Shown here one piece after another: positions 17,499-29,903 of a stretch of DNA of 32,000 nucleotides (the stretch's first letter is position 1; each line of letters opens with the position of its first letter). Source of the DNA: Candidatus Blochmanniella floridana (GTDB lineage Bacteria; Pseudomonadota; Gammaproteobacteria; Enterobacterales; Enterobacteriaceae); assembly GCA_000043285.1 (NCBI GenBank), contig BX248583.1:510001-542000 (forward strand), read 5' to 3'. The notes below the pieces were generated by a model. It was not told the origin of the DNA, ran no database searches, and saw only the letters and a list, made by a program, of their open reading frames with translations. A program made the position numbers and the translations under genes.

Positions 17499-18236
17499 AT
17501 GATACATACAGTAAATAAAATTTTTAAAAAACACTCAAAAAACATTAATAAAAAAGAAATTAATTTTTTTAATACATTCGCCACTCAATGGTGGAACAAT
17601 ACTGGAGTATTTAAATCATTACATCATATTAATGAAATAAGAGCTAATTATATTATTAAAAACAGTCATAATTTATTTAAAAAAAAAGTATTAGATATTG
17701 GATGTGGGGGAGGATTACTATCAGAAAAATTAGCTCAAGCAGGAGCAAAAGTCGTCGGTTTAGATATAAGTCCTAATTCATTAATAATAGCTAAAGCACA
17801 TGCACTATCAAAAAATTTAACTATTAATTATATATTAGAAACTGCAGAAGAACACGCACTAAAATACATTAAATATTACGATCTAATCGCTTGTATGGAA
17901 CTATTAGAACACGTACCAGATCCATTATCTATAATCCATGCTTGTTCTTCCATGGTTAAAGTAGGAGGGTCAGTTTTTTTTTCCACATTAAATCGTACCA
18001 TGAAAGCATGGTTATTGGTTATAATCGGAGCAGAATACTTAATACATCTGCTACCAATAGGTACTCATACATTTAACAAATTTATCACGCCATCTGAACT
18101 ATTAAATTGGATTGATACAACCAAATTAGAAGCTAATAATATTACTGGGATATATTACAATCCATTCAATTACTACTGTACACTCACACAAGATATCAGT
18201 GTAAACTATATATTGTATACTCAATGTATGTCATAA
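17499..18236 (+). CDS. ubiG: bifunctional 3-demethylubiquinone-9 3-O-methyltransferase / 2-polyprenyl-6-hydroxyphenol methylase
   Basis: 245 aa versus 240 aa in E. coli. WW....F..LH.IN, SAM motif KKVLD.GCGGG.L.E, MLEHVPDP and VFFST.NR. AAGGA lies 7 nt upstream of the ATG. Confidence 0.94.
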   Translation: MIHTVNKIFKKHSKNINKKEINFFNTFATQWWNNTGVFKSLHHINEIRANYIIKNSHNLFKKKVLDIGCGGGLLSEKLAQAGAKVVGLDISPNSLIIAKAHALSKNLTINYILETAEEHALKYIKYYDLIACMELLEHVPDPLSIIHACSSMVKVGGSVFFSTLNRTMKAWLLVIIGAEYLIHLLPIGTHTFNKFITPSELLNWIDTTKLEANNITGIYYNPFNYYCTLTQDISVNYILYTQCMS

Positions 18237-18623
18237 CCAACAGAGTTAAACTTTATTTGAAAACATATTTAAATTTATGCTACATTTTTCACTATAATAT
18301 ATAATATACTTACTAACATACAATTATCATAATATTAACCAATAATTAACTTTATGACTTACTCACACAAATAAATAACCTATAACTACTAAATATAATA
18401 ATCATTATTGTGTAAATTTTCAAAAAATTAAACTTACAATTTTAACCACAACAAATTAATTTTTAAATAAATTATCAATAATAATATTATTATATAATTA
18501 CATAATCATTATGCATTCAAAACTGTTACACTATTGTAATAACATTAAATTTATTAATATAAACTACACTGATACTATATATAACGATACAATCATCAAA
18601 TAATAAGGAAAATATATACTAAC

Positions 18624-20909
18624 ATGAACCAAATTTTATTTGTTACCAAACGTAATGGCCATCAAGAACCTATTAATCTTGATAAAATTCATCGAGTAAT
18701 TAATTGGGCAGCTAAAGGATTGGAAAAAATTTCAGTTTCACAAGTTGAATTACGTTCCCACATACAATTCTATAATGGAATTAAAACATCTGATATTCAA
18801 GAAACCATCATTAAAGCCGCAGCAGACTTAATATCTCAAGAAGAACCAGATTACCAATACTTAGCTGCACGGCTAACTGTATTTCATTTACGTAAAAAAG
18901 CATATGGACAATTTGAACCCCCAAAACTATATAATCATGTACTACACTTAGTAAAAATAGGTAAATATGACAAAAATTTAGTAAACGATTATAATCATAA
19001 AGAATTTGAAGAAATGGATACATTTATTGATCACTGGCGAGACATGAATTTTTCATATGCTGCAATAAAACAATTAGAAGGAAAATATTTAGTTCAAAAT
19101 CGAGTAACCGGAAAAATTTATGAAAGTGCTCAATTTCTATATATATTGATAGCAGCCTGTTTATTTGCTAAATATCCTGAACATATCAGAATGAAGTATA
19201 TTAAAAATTTTTATAACGCCATATCAACATTTAAAATTTCTTTGGCAACACCTATCATGGCTGGAGTACGCACTCCAACACGCCAATTTAGTTCCTGCGT
19301 ATTAATTGAATGTGACGATAACCTAGATTCTATCAACGCTACATCCAGTGCCATTGTAAAATATGTTGCCCAACGGGCAGGGATAGGCATTAATGCTGGT
19401 CGAATTAGAGCTGTAGGTAGTCCAATACGTAATGGAGAAGCATTTCATACTGGATGTATTCCTTTCTATAAACACTTTCAAACAGCAGTAAAATCATGCT
19501 CCCAAGGTGGTGTACGAGGAGGAGCGGCTACTTTATTTTATCCCATTTGGCATTTAGAAATTGAAAATTTATTAGTTCTCAAAAATAATCGAGGTATAGA
19601 TTCAAATAGAATACGACATTTAGATTATGGAGTACAAATTAATAAATTAATGTACCAACGACTTATAACAGGAAAATATATTACATTATTTAGTCCATCC
19701 GATGTACCAGATTTATATGAAAATTTTTTTTCTGATCAAAATAAATTTGAATATCTATATCATAAATATGAACAAAATCATAACATTCGTCATCGTAAAA
19801 TTAAATCAATAGAATTATTTTCTTTAATGATGCAAGAACGAGCTTCCACTGGTAGAATTTACATTCAAAATGCAGATCATTGTAATTCGCATAGTCCATT
19901 TAATAGTGCTCTTGCTCCAATTCGTCAATCTAATTTATGTTTAGAAATCACACTACCCACAAAACCATTAAATAATATTAATGATATCAATGGAGAAATT
20001 GCATTATGTACACTATCCGCTCTTAATCTTGGGAATATTAATAACTTACAAGATCTATCCGAACTAGCTGATTTAATAATACGAGCTCTGGATGCTCTAT
20101 TAGATTACCAAAAGTACCCCATACATGCTGCTCAACATAGTGCTATAAATCGAAGATCTTTAGGAATAGGAGTAATTAATTATGCCTATTACTTAGCAAA
20201 AAACAAAGTACGCTATTCTGATGGAAGTGCTAACACATTAACTCATCGTACTTTTGAAGCTATCCAATATCACTTATTAAAAGCCTCAAATAATTTAGCC
20301 AAAGAAAAAGGAGCTTGCATATGGTTTAAAGATACTACATATTCTCAAGGGATATTACCTATTGACACATATAAAAAGGATCTAGATGATATAATCAACG
20401 AACCACTACATTACGATTGGGAACATTTAAGAAAATCAATCAAACAATACGGATTACGAAATTCTACTGTATCGGCATTAATGCCGTCTGAAACTTCATC
20501 ACAAATCGCTAATGCCACAAACGGTATTGAACCTCCTAGAGGATACTTAAGTATTAAAGCATCAAAAAATGGTATTTTACGTCAAGTAATACCCGACTTT
20601 AAGCAATTAGCATCAAATTATGAATTATTATGGCAAATACCGAATAATCAAGGTTACTTAAAACTAGTAGGAATAATGCAAAAATTCATTGATCAATCTA
20701 TTTCAACTAATCTAAATTATGATCCAAACCGTTTTCCAGGTTCCAAGGTTCCTATTAAACAACTAATAGCAGATTTACTATATGCATACAAATTAGGTAT
20801 TAAAACTTTATATTATCATAATACTCGAGATGGTTCATCAGAAACACAAGAAACATTACAATATAATCAATTACATATTTCTTGCGCAAGTGATGCTTGC
20901 ATAATTTAA
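18624..20909 (+). CDS. nrdA: ribonucleoside-diphosphate reductase 1, alpha subunit (class Ia)
   Basis: 761 aa, as in E. coli. Begins [21 protein letters not shown] (ATP cone). [33 protein letters not shown], and a C-terminal redox pair C-x4-C (SCASDAC). Confidence 0.98.
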   Translation: MNQILFVTKRNGHQEPINLDKIHRVINWAAKGLEKISVSQVELRSHIQFYNGIKTSDIQETIIKAAADLISQEEPDYQYLAARLTVFHLRKKAYGQFEPPKLYNHVLHLVKIGKYDKNLVNDYNHKEFEEMDTFIDHWRDMNFSYAAIKQLEGKYLVQNRVTGKIYESAQFLYILIAACLFAKYPEHIRMKYIKNFYNAISTFKISLATPIMAGVRTPTRQFSSCVLIECDDNLDSINATSSAIVKYVAQRAGIGINAGRIRAVGSPIRNGEAFHTGCIPFYKHFQTAVKSCSQGGVRGGAATLFYPIWHLEIENLLVLKNNRGIDSNRIRHLDYGVQINKLMYQRLITGKYITLFSPSDVPDLYENFFSDQNKFEYLYHKYEQNHNIRHRKIKSIELFSLMMQERASTGRIYIQNADHCNSHSPFNSALAPIRQSNLCLEITLPTKPLNNINDINGEIALCTLSALNLGNINNLQDLSELADLIIRALDALLDYQKYPIHAAQHSAINRRSLGIGVINYAYYLAKNKVRYSDGSANTLTHRTFEAIQYHLLKASNNLAKEKGACIWFKDTTYSQGILPIDTYKKDLDDIINEPLHYDWEHLRKSIKQYGLRNSTVSALMPSETSSQIANATNGIEPPRGYLSIKASKNGILRQVIPDFKQLASNYELLWQIPNNQGYLKLVGIMQKFIDQSISTNLNYDPNRFPGSKVPIKQLIADLLYAYKLGIKTLYYHNTRDGSSETQETLQYNQLHISCASDACII

Positions 20910-20937
20910 TTATATTATTCTAAACAGGATAAAAAAT

Positions 20938-22068
20938 ATGGCTTATACTACTTTTTCTCAAAATAAAAATAACCAACTTCTTGAACCTATGTTTTTTGGT
21001 CAACCAGTAAATATAGCTAGATTTGATCAACAAAAACATATTATTTTTGAAAAATTAATTGAAAAACAATTATCTTTTTTTTGGAGACCAGAAGAAATAG
21101 ATATTTCTAAAGATCGGATCGATTATCAATCCCTTCCCAACCACGAAAAACATATTTTTATTAGTAACTTAAAATATCAAACACTGCTCGATTCTATTCA
21201 AGGAAGAAGTCCTAATATAGCTTTATTACCTTTAATTTCTATTCCTGAATTAGAAACATGGGTAGAAACTTGGTCATTTTTTGAAACCATACATTCTAGA
21301 TCGTACACTCATATTATTCGAAATATTGTGAATCATCCATCCGTAATATTTGATGATATTGTGACTAATAAAGAAATTTTAAAACGCGCAAAAGATATTT
21401 CCATGTATTATGATGATTTGATTAAATTAACTAATTATTACTACACTTTAGGTATAGGTAAACATCGTGTTAATAACACAACTATTACAGTAAATTTACA
21501 CGAGCTCAAAAAAAAATTATATTTATGCTTAATAAGCGTCAACGTACTAGAAGCTATCCGTTTTTATGTAAGTTTTGCTTGTTCATTTGCATTTGCAGAA
21601 CGAGAATTAATGGAAGGTAATGCTAAAATCATACGATTTATAGCACGAGACGAATCCTTACACCTTAATGCAACTCAACACATTCTTAATTTAATGCGAT
21701 CTGGATCCGATGACCCAGAAATGGTTGATATTAGCTTAATTTGCCAAGAAGAAAGTTATAATTTATTTTTAATGGCAGCAGAACAAGAAAAAACATGGGC
21801 TCACTATTTATTTAAAGACGGATCTATGATTGGATTAAATAAAGAAATATTATGTCAATATATTGAATATATAACTAATATACGTATGCAAGCTATCGGG
21901 TTAAAAACCCCTTTTAATACGAAAACTAACTCAATACCTTGGATTAATGCATGGTTATCATCAGATAATGTTCAAGTTGCTCCTCAAGAAGTAGAATCCA
22001 GCTCTTATTTAGTTGGTCAAATAGATACCCAAATACAAGATAATGAATTTAATAATTTTCAATTGTAA
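20938..22068 (+). CDS. nrdB: ribonucleoside-diphosphate reductase 1, beta subunit
   Basis: 376 aa, as in E. coli. Begins [30 protein letters not shown] (radical Tyr region), [36 protein letters not shown], and the end SSYLVGQID......NFQL. Confidence 0.98.
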   Translation: MAYTTFSQNKNNQLLEPMFFGQPVNIARFDQQKHIIFEKLIEKQLSFFWRPEEIDISKDRIDYQSLPNHEKHIFISNLKYQTLLDSIQGRSPNIALLPLISIPELETWVETWSFFETIHSRSYTHIIRNIVNHPSVIFDDIVTNKEILKRAKDISMYYDDLIKLTNYYYTLGIGKHRVNNTTITVNLHELKKKLYLCLISVNVLEAIRFYVSFACSFAFAERELMEGNAKIIRFIARDESLHLNATQHILNLMRSGSDDPEMVDISLICQEESYNLFLMAAEQEKTWAHYLFKDGSMIGLNKEILCQYIEYITNIRMQAIGLKTPFNTKTNSIPWINAWLSSDNVQVAPQEVESSSYLVGQIDTQIQDNEFNNFQL

Positions 22069-22330
22069 AATCTTTATTGATACAAAAAAACCTTATCATA
22101 TAAAGTATCTTCATGATAAAAAAATACCTCGATCTTTATTAGAAACATTAGAAATACACAATATACCAATTAATTATCAATGTAGATCAGGTTATTGTGG
22201 AAGTTGTCGAGCCAATTTACAATTCGGTATAGTCCAATACTATATACAACCATTAGCATCCTTTTTTTCTTCTACAGAAATTTTAACATGTTGTTGTTAT
22301 CCTATTACACATATTACTCTAAAAATATGA
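22043..22330 (+). CDS. yfaE: 2Fe-2S ferredoxin that maintains the NrdB diferric-tyrosyl cofactor (YfaE)
   Basis: Immediately follows nrdB as in E. coli. YQCR.GYCGSCR plus a downstream CCC gives the plant-type 2Fe-2S ligand pattern. The only in-frame ATG is at 22043, 26 nt inside nrdB, giving 95 aa versus 84 aa in E. coli. A non-ATG start further downstream cannot be excluded. Confidence 0.85.
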   Translation: MNLIIFNCKIFIDTKKPYHIKYLHDKKIPRSLLETLEIHNIPINYQCRSGYCGSCRANLQFGIVQYYIQPLASFFSSTEILTCCCYPITHITLKI

Positions 22331-22441
22331 ATTAACACTGCAACCTGTTATATTAACTATATAATATTCATTACATATAATATAAATATACAAAATAAAA
22401 TCATTCAAAAATTAATTTTATACCATAATCTACAAAATTTA

Positions 22442-23956
22442 TTATATAACAAATTGTTGAATTAAATTAACAATAAATTGAGGATATACTCCAAAAAATA
22501 AAATAATAATAGCAACAATTATTACCATAAATCCTTCTGGTTTTATCATCCATTTCTTAAGGATATCATAATTAATATTCGTATTATTTACAAAATTAGA
22601 ATTAAACAAATTTGTTATAATTTTAAGATAATAAAACATACTAATAATACTACTGATTATCATCATAACAGTCAAAAACCATAACTGATTACTTATTCCT
22701 ATAAATAATAAATAAAACTTACCAATAAAACCGAATGTCATAGGAATACCTGCTAATGATAATATCGCAATTACAAATATTACCGATAACATCGGTTCTC
22801 TCCAAAACAAACCATGATATAAATATATTGTATCCGCATCATTTTTTTCTTTTTGAATATATGCTGTCGAAACAATATTAACTATTCCCCAAACTCCCAC
22901 ATTAGCAAATAAATAACTCACAAGATATACACTAATACTTTCTTGAATTATTGCACAATTATTCATACGTAATGCAATTAATGCAATTAATAAATAACCT
23001 GCATTCGTTATCGAAGAATAAGCTAACATTCGTTTAATACTAATTTGAGGAATAGCCATTAAACTACCAAACAACATTGAACAACATGCAGAAACTGATA
23101 AGAATATATGCAATAATTCATTATATTGATCTGGTAATATCAATAAAAATCGCATTAAAACAGCAGTTACAGCAATTTTACTTCCTGTTGCTAAATACAT
23201 AGACACTGCCGTTGGAGTACCTTGATATATATCAGAAATCCATAAATGAAACGGCACACAAGACAATTTAAAACCCATCCCAATCATCATCATAGATAAA
23301 CCTATTACTATTAACGTCATAGATGGTTGAGATAACATATGATTAACATTATTATATGTCGATAATATCTCTTTAATATCAATAAACGACAAAGAACCCG
23401 TTTTGCAATATATAAATACTATTCCAAACAAAAGAAAAGATGACGATACCCCTGATAAAATAATATACTTAATACTTAATTCTATAGATTTTTTAGAAAA
23501 AACAGGATAACTTATTAATCCACATATAGAAATTGAAATTAATTCTATTCCTAAAAATAATACAATTAAATGATTTGTAATTACTAATAGTATTCCCCCT
23601 ATACTAGCAATTAATAACAGTAAATAAAACTCATCACTCCGATATACTGGATAATACACCAACCATACATATCCTAATATACTACTGGCTATCCCTACAA
23701 ACATAATTAATATTACATATAATACAGAAAAATTATCAATACAAATTAACTGAAAAAAATTTTGCCCCGATTTATTCATACTCCACATCATATGTAATAA
23801 CGATGAAACTGATGCTATAATCATTCCAATTATCGTTAATACAGCATGTTTAAATTGATTGCGACTGTATATTATCGATAACATAATACCAACAATAGTT
23901 ATTCCTATTACTATTATAGGCAATAATGCAATTAACTGCTCTCGAAAAATTATCAT
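22442..23956 (-). CDS. nuoN: NADH-quinone oxidoreductase subunit N
   Basis: 504 aa polytopic membrane protein. The N-terminus ..LIALLP..V.G.T.V..MLSI aligns with E. coli NuoN. FKLS.VPFHLW..D.YQG.P. It is the last gene of the nuo operon. Confidence 0.94.
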   Translation of the reverse strand: MIIFREQLIALLPIIVIGITIVGIMLSIIYSRNQFKHAVLTIIGMIIASVSSLLHMMWSMNKSGQNFFQLICIDNFSVLYVILIMFVGIASSILGYVWLVYYPVYRSDEFYLLLLIASIGGILLVITNHLIVLFLGIELISISICGLISYPVFSKKSIELSIKYIILSGVSSSFLLFGIVFIYCKTGSLSFIDIKEILSTYNNVNHMLSQPSMTLIVIGLSMMMIGMGFKLSCVPFHLWISDIYQGTPTAVSMYLATGSKIAVTAVLMRFLLILPDQYNELLHIFLSVSACCSMLFGSLMAIPQISIKRMLAYSSITNAGYLLIALIALRMNNCAIIQESISVYLVSYLFANVGVWGIVNIVSTAYIQKEKNDADTIYLYHGLFWREPMLSVIFVIAILSLAGIPMTFGFIGKFYLLFIGISNQLWFLTVMMIISSIISMFYYLKIITNLFNSNFVNNTNINYDILKKWMIKPEGFMVIIVAIIILFFGVYPQFIVNLIQQFVI

Positions 23957-24031
23957 TATAAACTTAGACCTGATTATTCATATTTTACATATTACACATC
24001 ATAATTTACAACTATTTATCAATGATCATAC

Positions 24032-25561
24032 TTATTGTAATCTACAATATATATTCCGTATAGTTTCACGTGAAGTGTCAAAAATAAACTGAGGAAAACA
24101 ACCAACTATTAACACACATAACAACAATACTATAATAATAAATTTCTCAAGAAATGTCATATCTAATAATATTTCACAACTAATCTGTGATTTACCATAA
24201 TATATACGTTGCATTAAAACTAAAGAATAAATTGACGCAAATAATATTCCAAAAGAAGCTATTATTGTAATAATCGGCACCGTATGAAAAGATCCTAACA
24301 AAATGGTTACCTCTCCTATAAAATTTCCAGTACCAGGTATACTCAACATAGACACTATAAAACATAAAAAAAAAGCAGGCATTAAATTCATTCGACCCCA
24401 CAAACCTCCCATAACAGTGATATTTCGAGTATACAATCTTTTATATAATTGACCACATAATATACACATTCCAGATAATGTTAAACTACATGAAATCATC
24501 TGTACTAAAACTCCTTGATAAGATAATTGATCATTGCTATAAATTGCAATTAATGCAAATCCCATATGTGATATATTTGAGTATGCAATTAAACGTTTAA
24601 AATCTGTTTGAGCAAAAGCCATCCAAGCTCCATAGAAAATATTCAATATCCCTAAAAACATCGCAATCGGTACAAATTCCTTAGACGCATTAGGACATAA
24701 AGGCAAAACAAATCTAAAAAATCCATAAATTGATATTTTTACTAAAAAACCTATTAAATCTACTGAACCAGTAATAGGTGAATAAGCATATGCTTCTAAA
24801 GACCAAGTATGAAAAGGTACAATAGGCATTTTTATTGCAAAAGCACAAAAAAAACCTAACATTAAAAAATATTCTATATTTTTTGGTAATGTAACATGCA
24901 ATAAATTCTCATAATCAAATGACCAAATCCCATAAAGACGATAATTAAAATAAACAAGAATTATAATTGAAATTAACATACATAATCCACTTAACTGCGC
25001 ATACAAACAAAACTTAGTAGCAGCGATAATACGCAGTTTCTTATTTAATTCTTCATATCCCCATATAGATATTAAAAAATAAATTGGAATTAACACAATT
25101 TCCCAGAAAAAAAAGAATAAAAACATATCTACCGCTAAAATCACTCCAATCACACTTCCTAAAATCCACAATAAATTACAATAAAATAAACCCTTATGAT
25201 GATCAGTAACACTATTCTCCCAAGAACTTAATACCGCCATTACTCCTAAAATTCCAGTCAACATTAACATCAGAACAGACAATCCATCTAATGCTAAATG
25301 AAAATTAATCCCAAATCTTGGAATCCAAGTACACATATACTCTAAATCCCACACAGAAGATTTATTAAGTTTTAACAAATTATCTAATACTAAATTATTA
25401 CAATATCCCATCCTCCATAACCATAAAAAAAAACCCACAACAAAAACCATACTTGACCCAAATAATGCAATCCATCTAGGCATACATACATTAATACGAT
25501 CACTTTGCCAAGATATTATACCTACAAAAAAAGGAACTAATATCAACGTTGGTAATAACAT
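24032..25561 (-). CDS. nuoM: NADH-quinone oxidoreductase subunit M
   Basis: 509 aa, as in E. coli. MLLP.LIL.PF, WIPRFGI..HLA.DGLS.LM..LTG.LGV.AVL.SW, DMFLFFFFWE, GAWMAFAQTD.KRLIAY. Confidence 0.96.
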   Translation of the reverse strand: MLLPTLILVPFFVGIISWQSDRINVCMPRWIALFGSSMVFVVGFFLWLWRMGYCNNLVLDNLLKLNKSSVWDLEYMCTWIPRFGINFHLALDGLSVLMLMLTGILGVMAVLSSWENSVTDHHKGLFYCNLLWILGSVIGVILAVDMFLFFFFWEIVLIPIYFLISIWGYEELNKKLRIIAATKFCLYAQLSGLCMLISIIILVYFNYRLYGIWSFDYENLLHVTLPKNIEYFLMLGFFCAFAIKMPIVPFHTWSLEAYAYSPITGSVDLIGFLVKISIYGFFRFVLPLCPNASKEFVPIAMFLGILNIFYGAWMAFAQTDFKRLIAYSNISHMGFALIAIYSNDQLSYQGVLVQMISCSLTLSGMCILCGQLYKRLYTRNITVMGGLWGRMNLMPAFFLCFIVSMLSIPGTGNFIGEVTILLGSFHTVPIITIIASFGILFASIYSLVLMQRIYYGKSQISCEILLDMTFLEKFIIIVLLLCVLIVGCFPQFIFDTSRETIRNIYCRLQ

Positions 25562-25605
25562 AATATTTATTATCCCTTAAAATATATAATCCAAAATCTA
25601 TATGC

Positions 25606-27483
25606 TTATAGACTCATAAAACAAATAAGTAATATCATAACCGAACTGATACCAATTGATGCTATATACCAATTCAATTTTCCATTTGATATACATATTA
25701 AACATCGACTTAACCAATTCAAAAATAATATAAATATATTTATTCCTGACTCAACTATATCGTTATAACTAAATAATTTCTTTGCCACAAATAAATATGG
25801 TTTTATAAAAATAATTTTATAAAACCAATCTAATCCCCATCCGTAGTAATTTAATAATATTAAATACCTATTCATTAACTCAATAGGACGCCTCGCAATT
25901 ATCATATGTCTAATTTTACTGCCAGAACTAAACCACAATAAATATGCTAACCATATTCCGCATAATACTAAAATTTCAGAAGTTATAATTACATATACTT
26001 TATTATAACTAAATTCGTGATAATTATTACCACTCATACTGTTCAACAAACATAACTGTAACTTAGATCCTATACACGTAGATAATAACAACAAAATAAC
26101 TAACGGCAGATATTGGCAAATTTTATAACTCATCTTTGGTTGTATGAATACATTTCCATGAAAAATTATAAAAATCATACGAAACATATAAACAGCAGTC
26201 AAAAAAACTCCTATAAAACTGAAACATAAAAACCAATAATTATTATGATCAAACATACTCATCAAAATTAACTCTTTTGAATAAAAACCAGAAGTAATTA
26301 TAGGGAATCCAGATAAGGATGCCCCTCCTATTAAAAAACAAATATAAATAAAAGGCATAGATTTATACAAACTACCCATTTTAAAAATATTTTGTTCATT
26401 ATTACAAGCCCGTACCAAAGATCCAGCAGCTAAAAATAGTAAAGCTTTAAAACAAGCATGAGTCATTAAATGATACATTGCTCCATCCCAATTTTTTTCT
26501 CCCAATGCTAAAAACATATATCCTATTTGACTAATAGTAGAATACGCTAAGATTTTTTTTATATTGCTTTGGAACAATGCAGAACTTGCAAATATTACCG
26601 CAGTAACAATTCCTATCATACTAATTATATATAAAATAAATGGGGTCACTAAAAAAAAACTGTGCATACGGTTAATTAAATATACTCCAGAAGTTACCAT
26701 AGTAGCAGCATGAATTAAAGCTGAAACTGGAGTAGGACCAACCATAGCGCTAATTAACCATGACTGTAATGGAAATTGAGCTGATTTCGCTATACAACCT
26801 ACCAACAGAGCAATAGAAATCCACATAGACATGTCGTTTTTTAACAAGTTCTGGGAATCTAATTTCAATAATGCACTTATACTTAACGTACAATATTGAT
26901 TGTAAATCATAAATAAAGCACATATTAAAAATATATCTCCAAATCGAGTCATAATAAATGATTTAAACGCTTTCATTACACTATTATAATCAGTATAATA
27001 AAAACCAATTAACAAATAACTACATAAACCTACTCCCTCCCACCCAAAATATACTAGCAATAAATTATCTGACAAAACCAATAAAATCATATTAAATATA
27101 AATAAATTAGTATATGCAAAAAAACGAGCATATCCTTCATAACCACTCATATACCAAATAGCATATATATGAATGATAAAACCAATTCCAGTAATCACTG
27201 ATAACATCACTAAAGATAAACCATCCAATCTCAATACTATATCAACACTTAATTTATTGTCTATTTTGAACCAAGATCCTAATTCTTGAGTTAATATAAA
27301 AGAATCGTAACTACAAGTATGATGACAAAATCCACACACAAAATAAAAAGTAATTAAAGTGGACATTCCTATTCCAACTAATCCTATTGACGCAGAAATA
27401 GTTTCTATCCATTTTCCTTGAGATACTGATAATAAACAAAAACTTAATAACGGGAAAAACATAGTTAAAATTAATATATTCAT
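25606..27483 (-). CDS. nuoL: NADH-quinone oxidoreductase subunit L
   Basis: 625 aa versus 613 aa in E. coli. [70 protein letters not shown]. Confidence 0.96.
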
Positions 27484-27782
27484 TCAACTATCTCATTAAT
27501 AGAATCAACGTTTAATGTATGACAATAACGATGCAATCTTAATAACAGCGCTAAGGCAATTGCAGATTCAGAAGCCGCCAAAGTCACAACCAACATATAC
27601 ATAATTTGACCATCCTCTTGACCTAAATAAGCACCAACTACCACAAAAGCTAAAGCAGCAGAATGAATCATAATTTCTAATCCCAACAATATAAAAAGAA
27701 AATTACGCCTCACTATCATTCCTAGCAATCCTAATGCAAATAAAATTATTGTAATACCTAATCCATGAGATAAAGGAATCAT
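27480..27782 (-). CDS. nuoK: NADH-quinone oxidoreductase subunit K
   Basis: 100 aa, as in E. coli. MIPL.HGL, RRN.LF.L.GLEIMI..AALAFVV.G; the two membrane Glu residues are retained. ATGA overlap with nuoL. Confidence 0.96.
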
Positions 27783-28333
27783 TAATCATTTCTCTTATTA
27801 TTTAATGGAATAACAAAATTAACATAATCCTTATCTTCTTGAGCTATATGAATTACAGCAATTAATGCGCTTAATAACAAAAAAGATGCTACTTCTACTA
27901 TTAACATATAAGGACCAAATAAAGTAATACCAATTTGTTTAATATCTATTACACAATTAATTCCATCAATAAAACAATTTGTTATCTGTAAAATAGAAAA
28001 CAATACAATTATTAATAAAGCACTTATTAATAATGAAGCTCCAACACAAATTCTCAAAGACAAAAATGTATATTCCTTATTACACACATTCAAAATAATA
28101 TTTTTCATATCAAACATCATTATAGAAAACATAAACAACACCATAATTGCCCCAGCATAAATAATAATTTCTATAGATCCAGCAAAAGAAGCATTTAAAG
28201 AAAATAAATTACACGATGTACATAACAATGAAAAAATCAAATACAATAATGCATATATAGGATTATTACTAATAATAACTAATATAGTTGCAATAATTGC
28301 TATAATACCAGAAACGTAAAACAAAACTACCAT
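27782..28333 (-). CDS. nuoJ: NADH-quinone oxidoreductase subunit J
   Basis: 183 aa versus 184 aa in E. coli. FY..G.IAI.AT..VI...NP..ALLYLI.SLL. TAATG 1-nt overlap with nuoK. Confidence 0.93.
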
Positions 28334-28362
28334 ATTAAACTGTTCCTTATTGAACTATAATG

Positions 28363-28908
28363 CTAAGGTAATATAGTTTTCACACTTATAGGTTTTTCTT
28401 CAAAACTAGATTCTTTTTTATACTTATTTGAATATTTTACTCCAGAAATTTGATAAAAATCGTAGTTTTTATACTTACCCGGTCCTGATATTAATAAATC
28501 AGATTTCTCATATACTAAATCAGATCGTTTATAATCACTCATTTCAAAATCAGAAATAAGTTGAATAGCTGCAGTTGGACAAGCTTCCTCACACATACCA
28601 CAAAAAATACATCGAGAAAAATTAATCCTGAAAAATTCTGGATACCATCGTCCCTCAGAATTTTCCGATTTTTTTAAAGAAATACAACCTACTGGACAAG
28701 AAACAGCACATAAATTACACGCTACACAACGTTCATGGCCTGCAGAATCCCTAGTCAACACAATACGGCCTCGATATCTAGAAGATAATTTACAAGCAAC
28801 ATCAGGATACATATATGTTTCTCGTTTACTAAATGCTTGCATACCAACCATATATACACTACGAAATATAGAAATAATATTTATAAAAAATTCTTTTAAT
28901 TTCATCAT
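28363..28908 (-). CDS. nuoI: NADH-quinone oxidoreductase subunit I (2 x 4Fe-4S ferredoxin)
   Basis: 181 aa versus 180 aa in E. coli. [31 protein letters not shown] and [30 protein letters not shown]. There are two adjacent ATGs (28908 and 28905), so the start is ambiguous by one codon. Confidence 0.96.
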   Translation of the reverse strand: MMKLKEFFINIISIFRSVYMVGMQAFSKRETYMYPDVACKLSSRYRGRIVLTRDSAGHERCVACNLCAVSCPVGCISLKKSENSEGRWYPEFFRINFSRCIFCGMCEEACPTAAIQLISDFEMSDYKRSDLVYEKSDLLISGPGKYKNYDFYQISGVKYSNKYKKESSFEEKPISVKTILP

Positions 28909-28934
28909 AATAATACTAACCTATAACTAATAAT

Positions 28935-29903
28935 TTATATTAAAATATAACCAGCAGTAACTAATAAATTTAACAAAGCAATAGGCAATAAAAATTTCCA
29001 ACCTACTAACATTACATAATCATATCTAGGACGAGGCAAAGAAGCTCGTATCAACACAAAAAATAATACAATCATAAATGTTTTTATAATAAACCATACT
29101 ACTGGAGGAAACCAAGGTCCATACCAACCTCCAAAAAATAATGTCACCATAAATGATGATATGGAAATAACACTAATATATTCAGAAATAAAAAATAAAC
29201 TAAATTTCATGCCAGAATATTCAATATGATAACCTGCAACCAATTCTTGCTCTGATTCTGGTTGATCAAATGGATGTCTATGACATAAAGCCATCCCTGA
29301 TATAAAAAAAACAACGAACCCTAAAAATTGAGGTACTATATTCCATAAATATTTTTGATCTTGCACTATATTTAATAAATCAAATGATCCTGATTTTGCA
29401 ACAATTCCCATTAAAGATAATCCTAAAAAAACTTCATAACTTAATGTTTGTGCTATAGATCTCACTGCTCCAATTAAAGCATATTTATTATTACTTGACC
29501 AACCTGCCAGTAATACTGAATATACTGTCAATGCAGATATCATAAGAAAAAATAACACCCCCACATTACAATGTAATATCACACTACTAGGAGTAAAAGG
29601 AATAACAGGTATAATCATTAAAGATATTATAAAAGCAATAGCTGGAGCTAATACAAATATATAACGATCAGAAAAAGGAGGAATCCAATCTTCCTTAAAC
29701 ATAATTTTGATTAAATCAGCTAATAACTGTAATGATCCATTCCAACCTACTCGATTAGGTCCGTACCGATTTTGGAAAAGTGCTAATAATCTACGCTCAA
29801 CAAAACTCATATATGCTCCGCACATAACTACCATCAACAAAACGAAAAACGAATGCATAAAAATGCTTAAACATTCTAAAAATTTTTCAAAACTAATATT
29901 CAC
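28935..29903 (-). CDS. nuoH: NADH-quinone oxidoreductase subunit H
   Basis: 322 aa versus 325 aa in E. coli. [102 protein letters not shown]. Confidence 0.97.

Noticed and set aside
18811-19023. 70-aa ORF antisense to nrdA
   Set aside because: Embedded antisense in a highly conserved CDS. Spurious.
23859-24092. 77-aa ORF on + spanning the nuoN start, the nuoM/nuoN spacer and the nuoM end
   Set aside because: Mostly antisense to two conserved membrane-protein genes, Ile/Asn-rich low complexity, with no SD. Spurious.
24192-24401. 69-aa ORF on the - strand, out of frame inside nuoM
   Set aside because: Alternative frame of a conserved gene with no independent start signals. Spurious.
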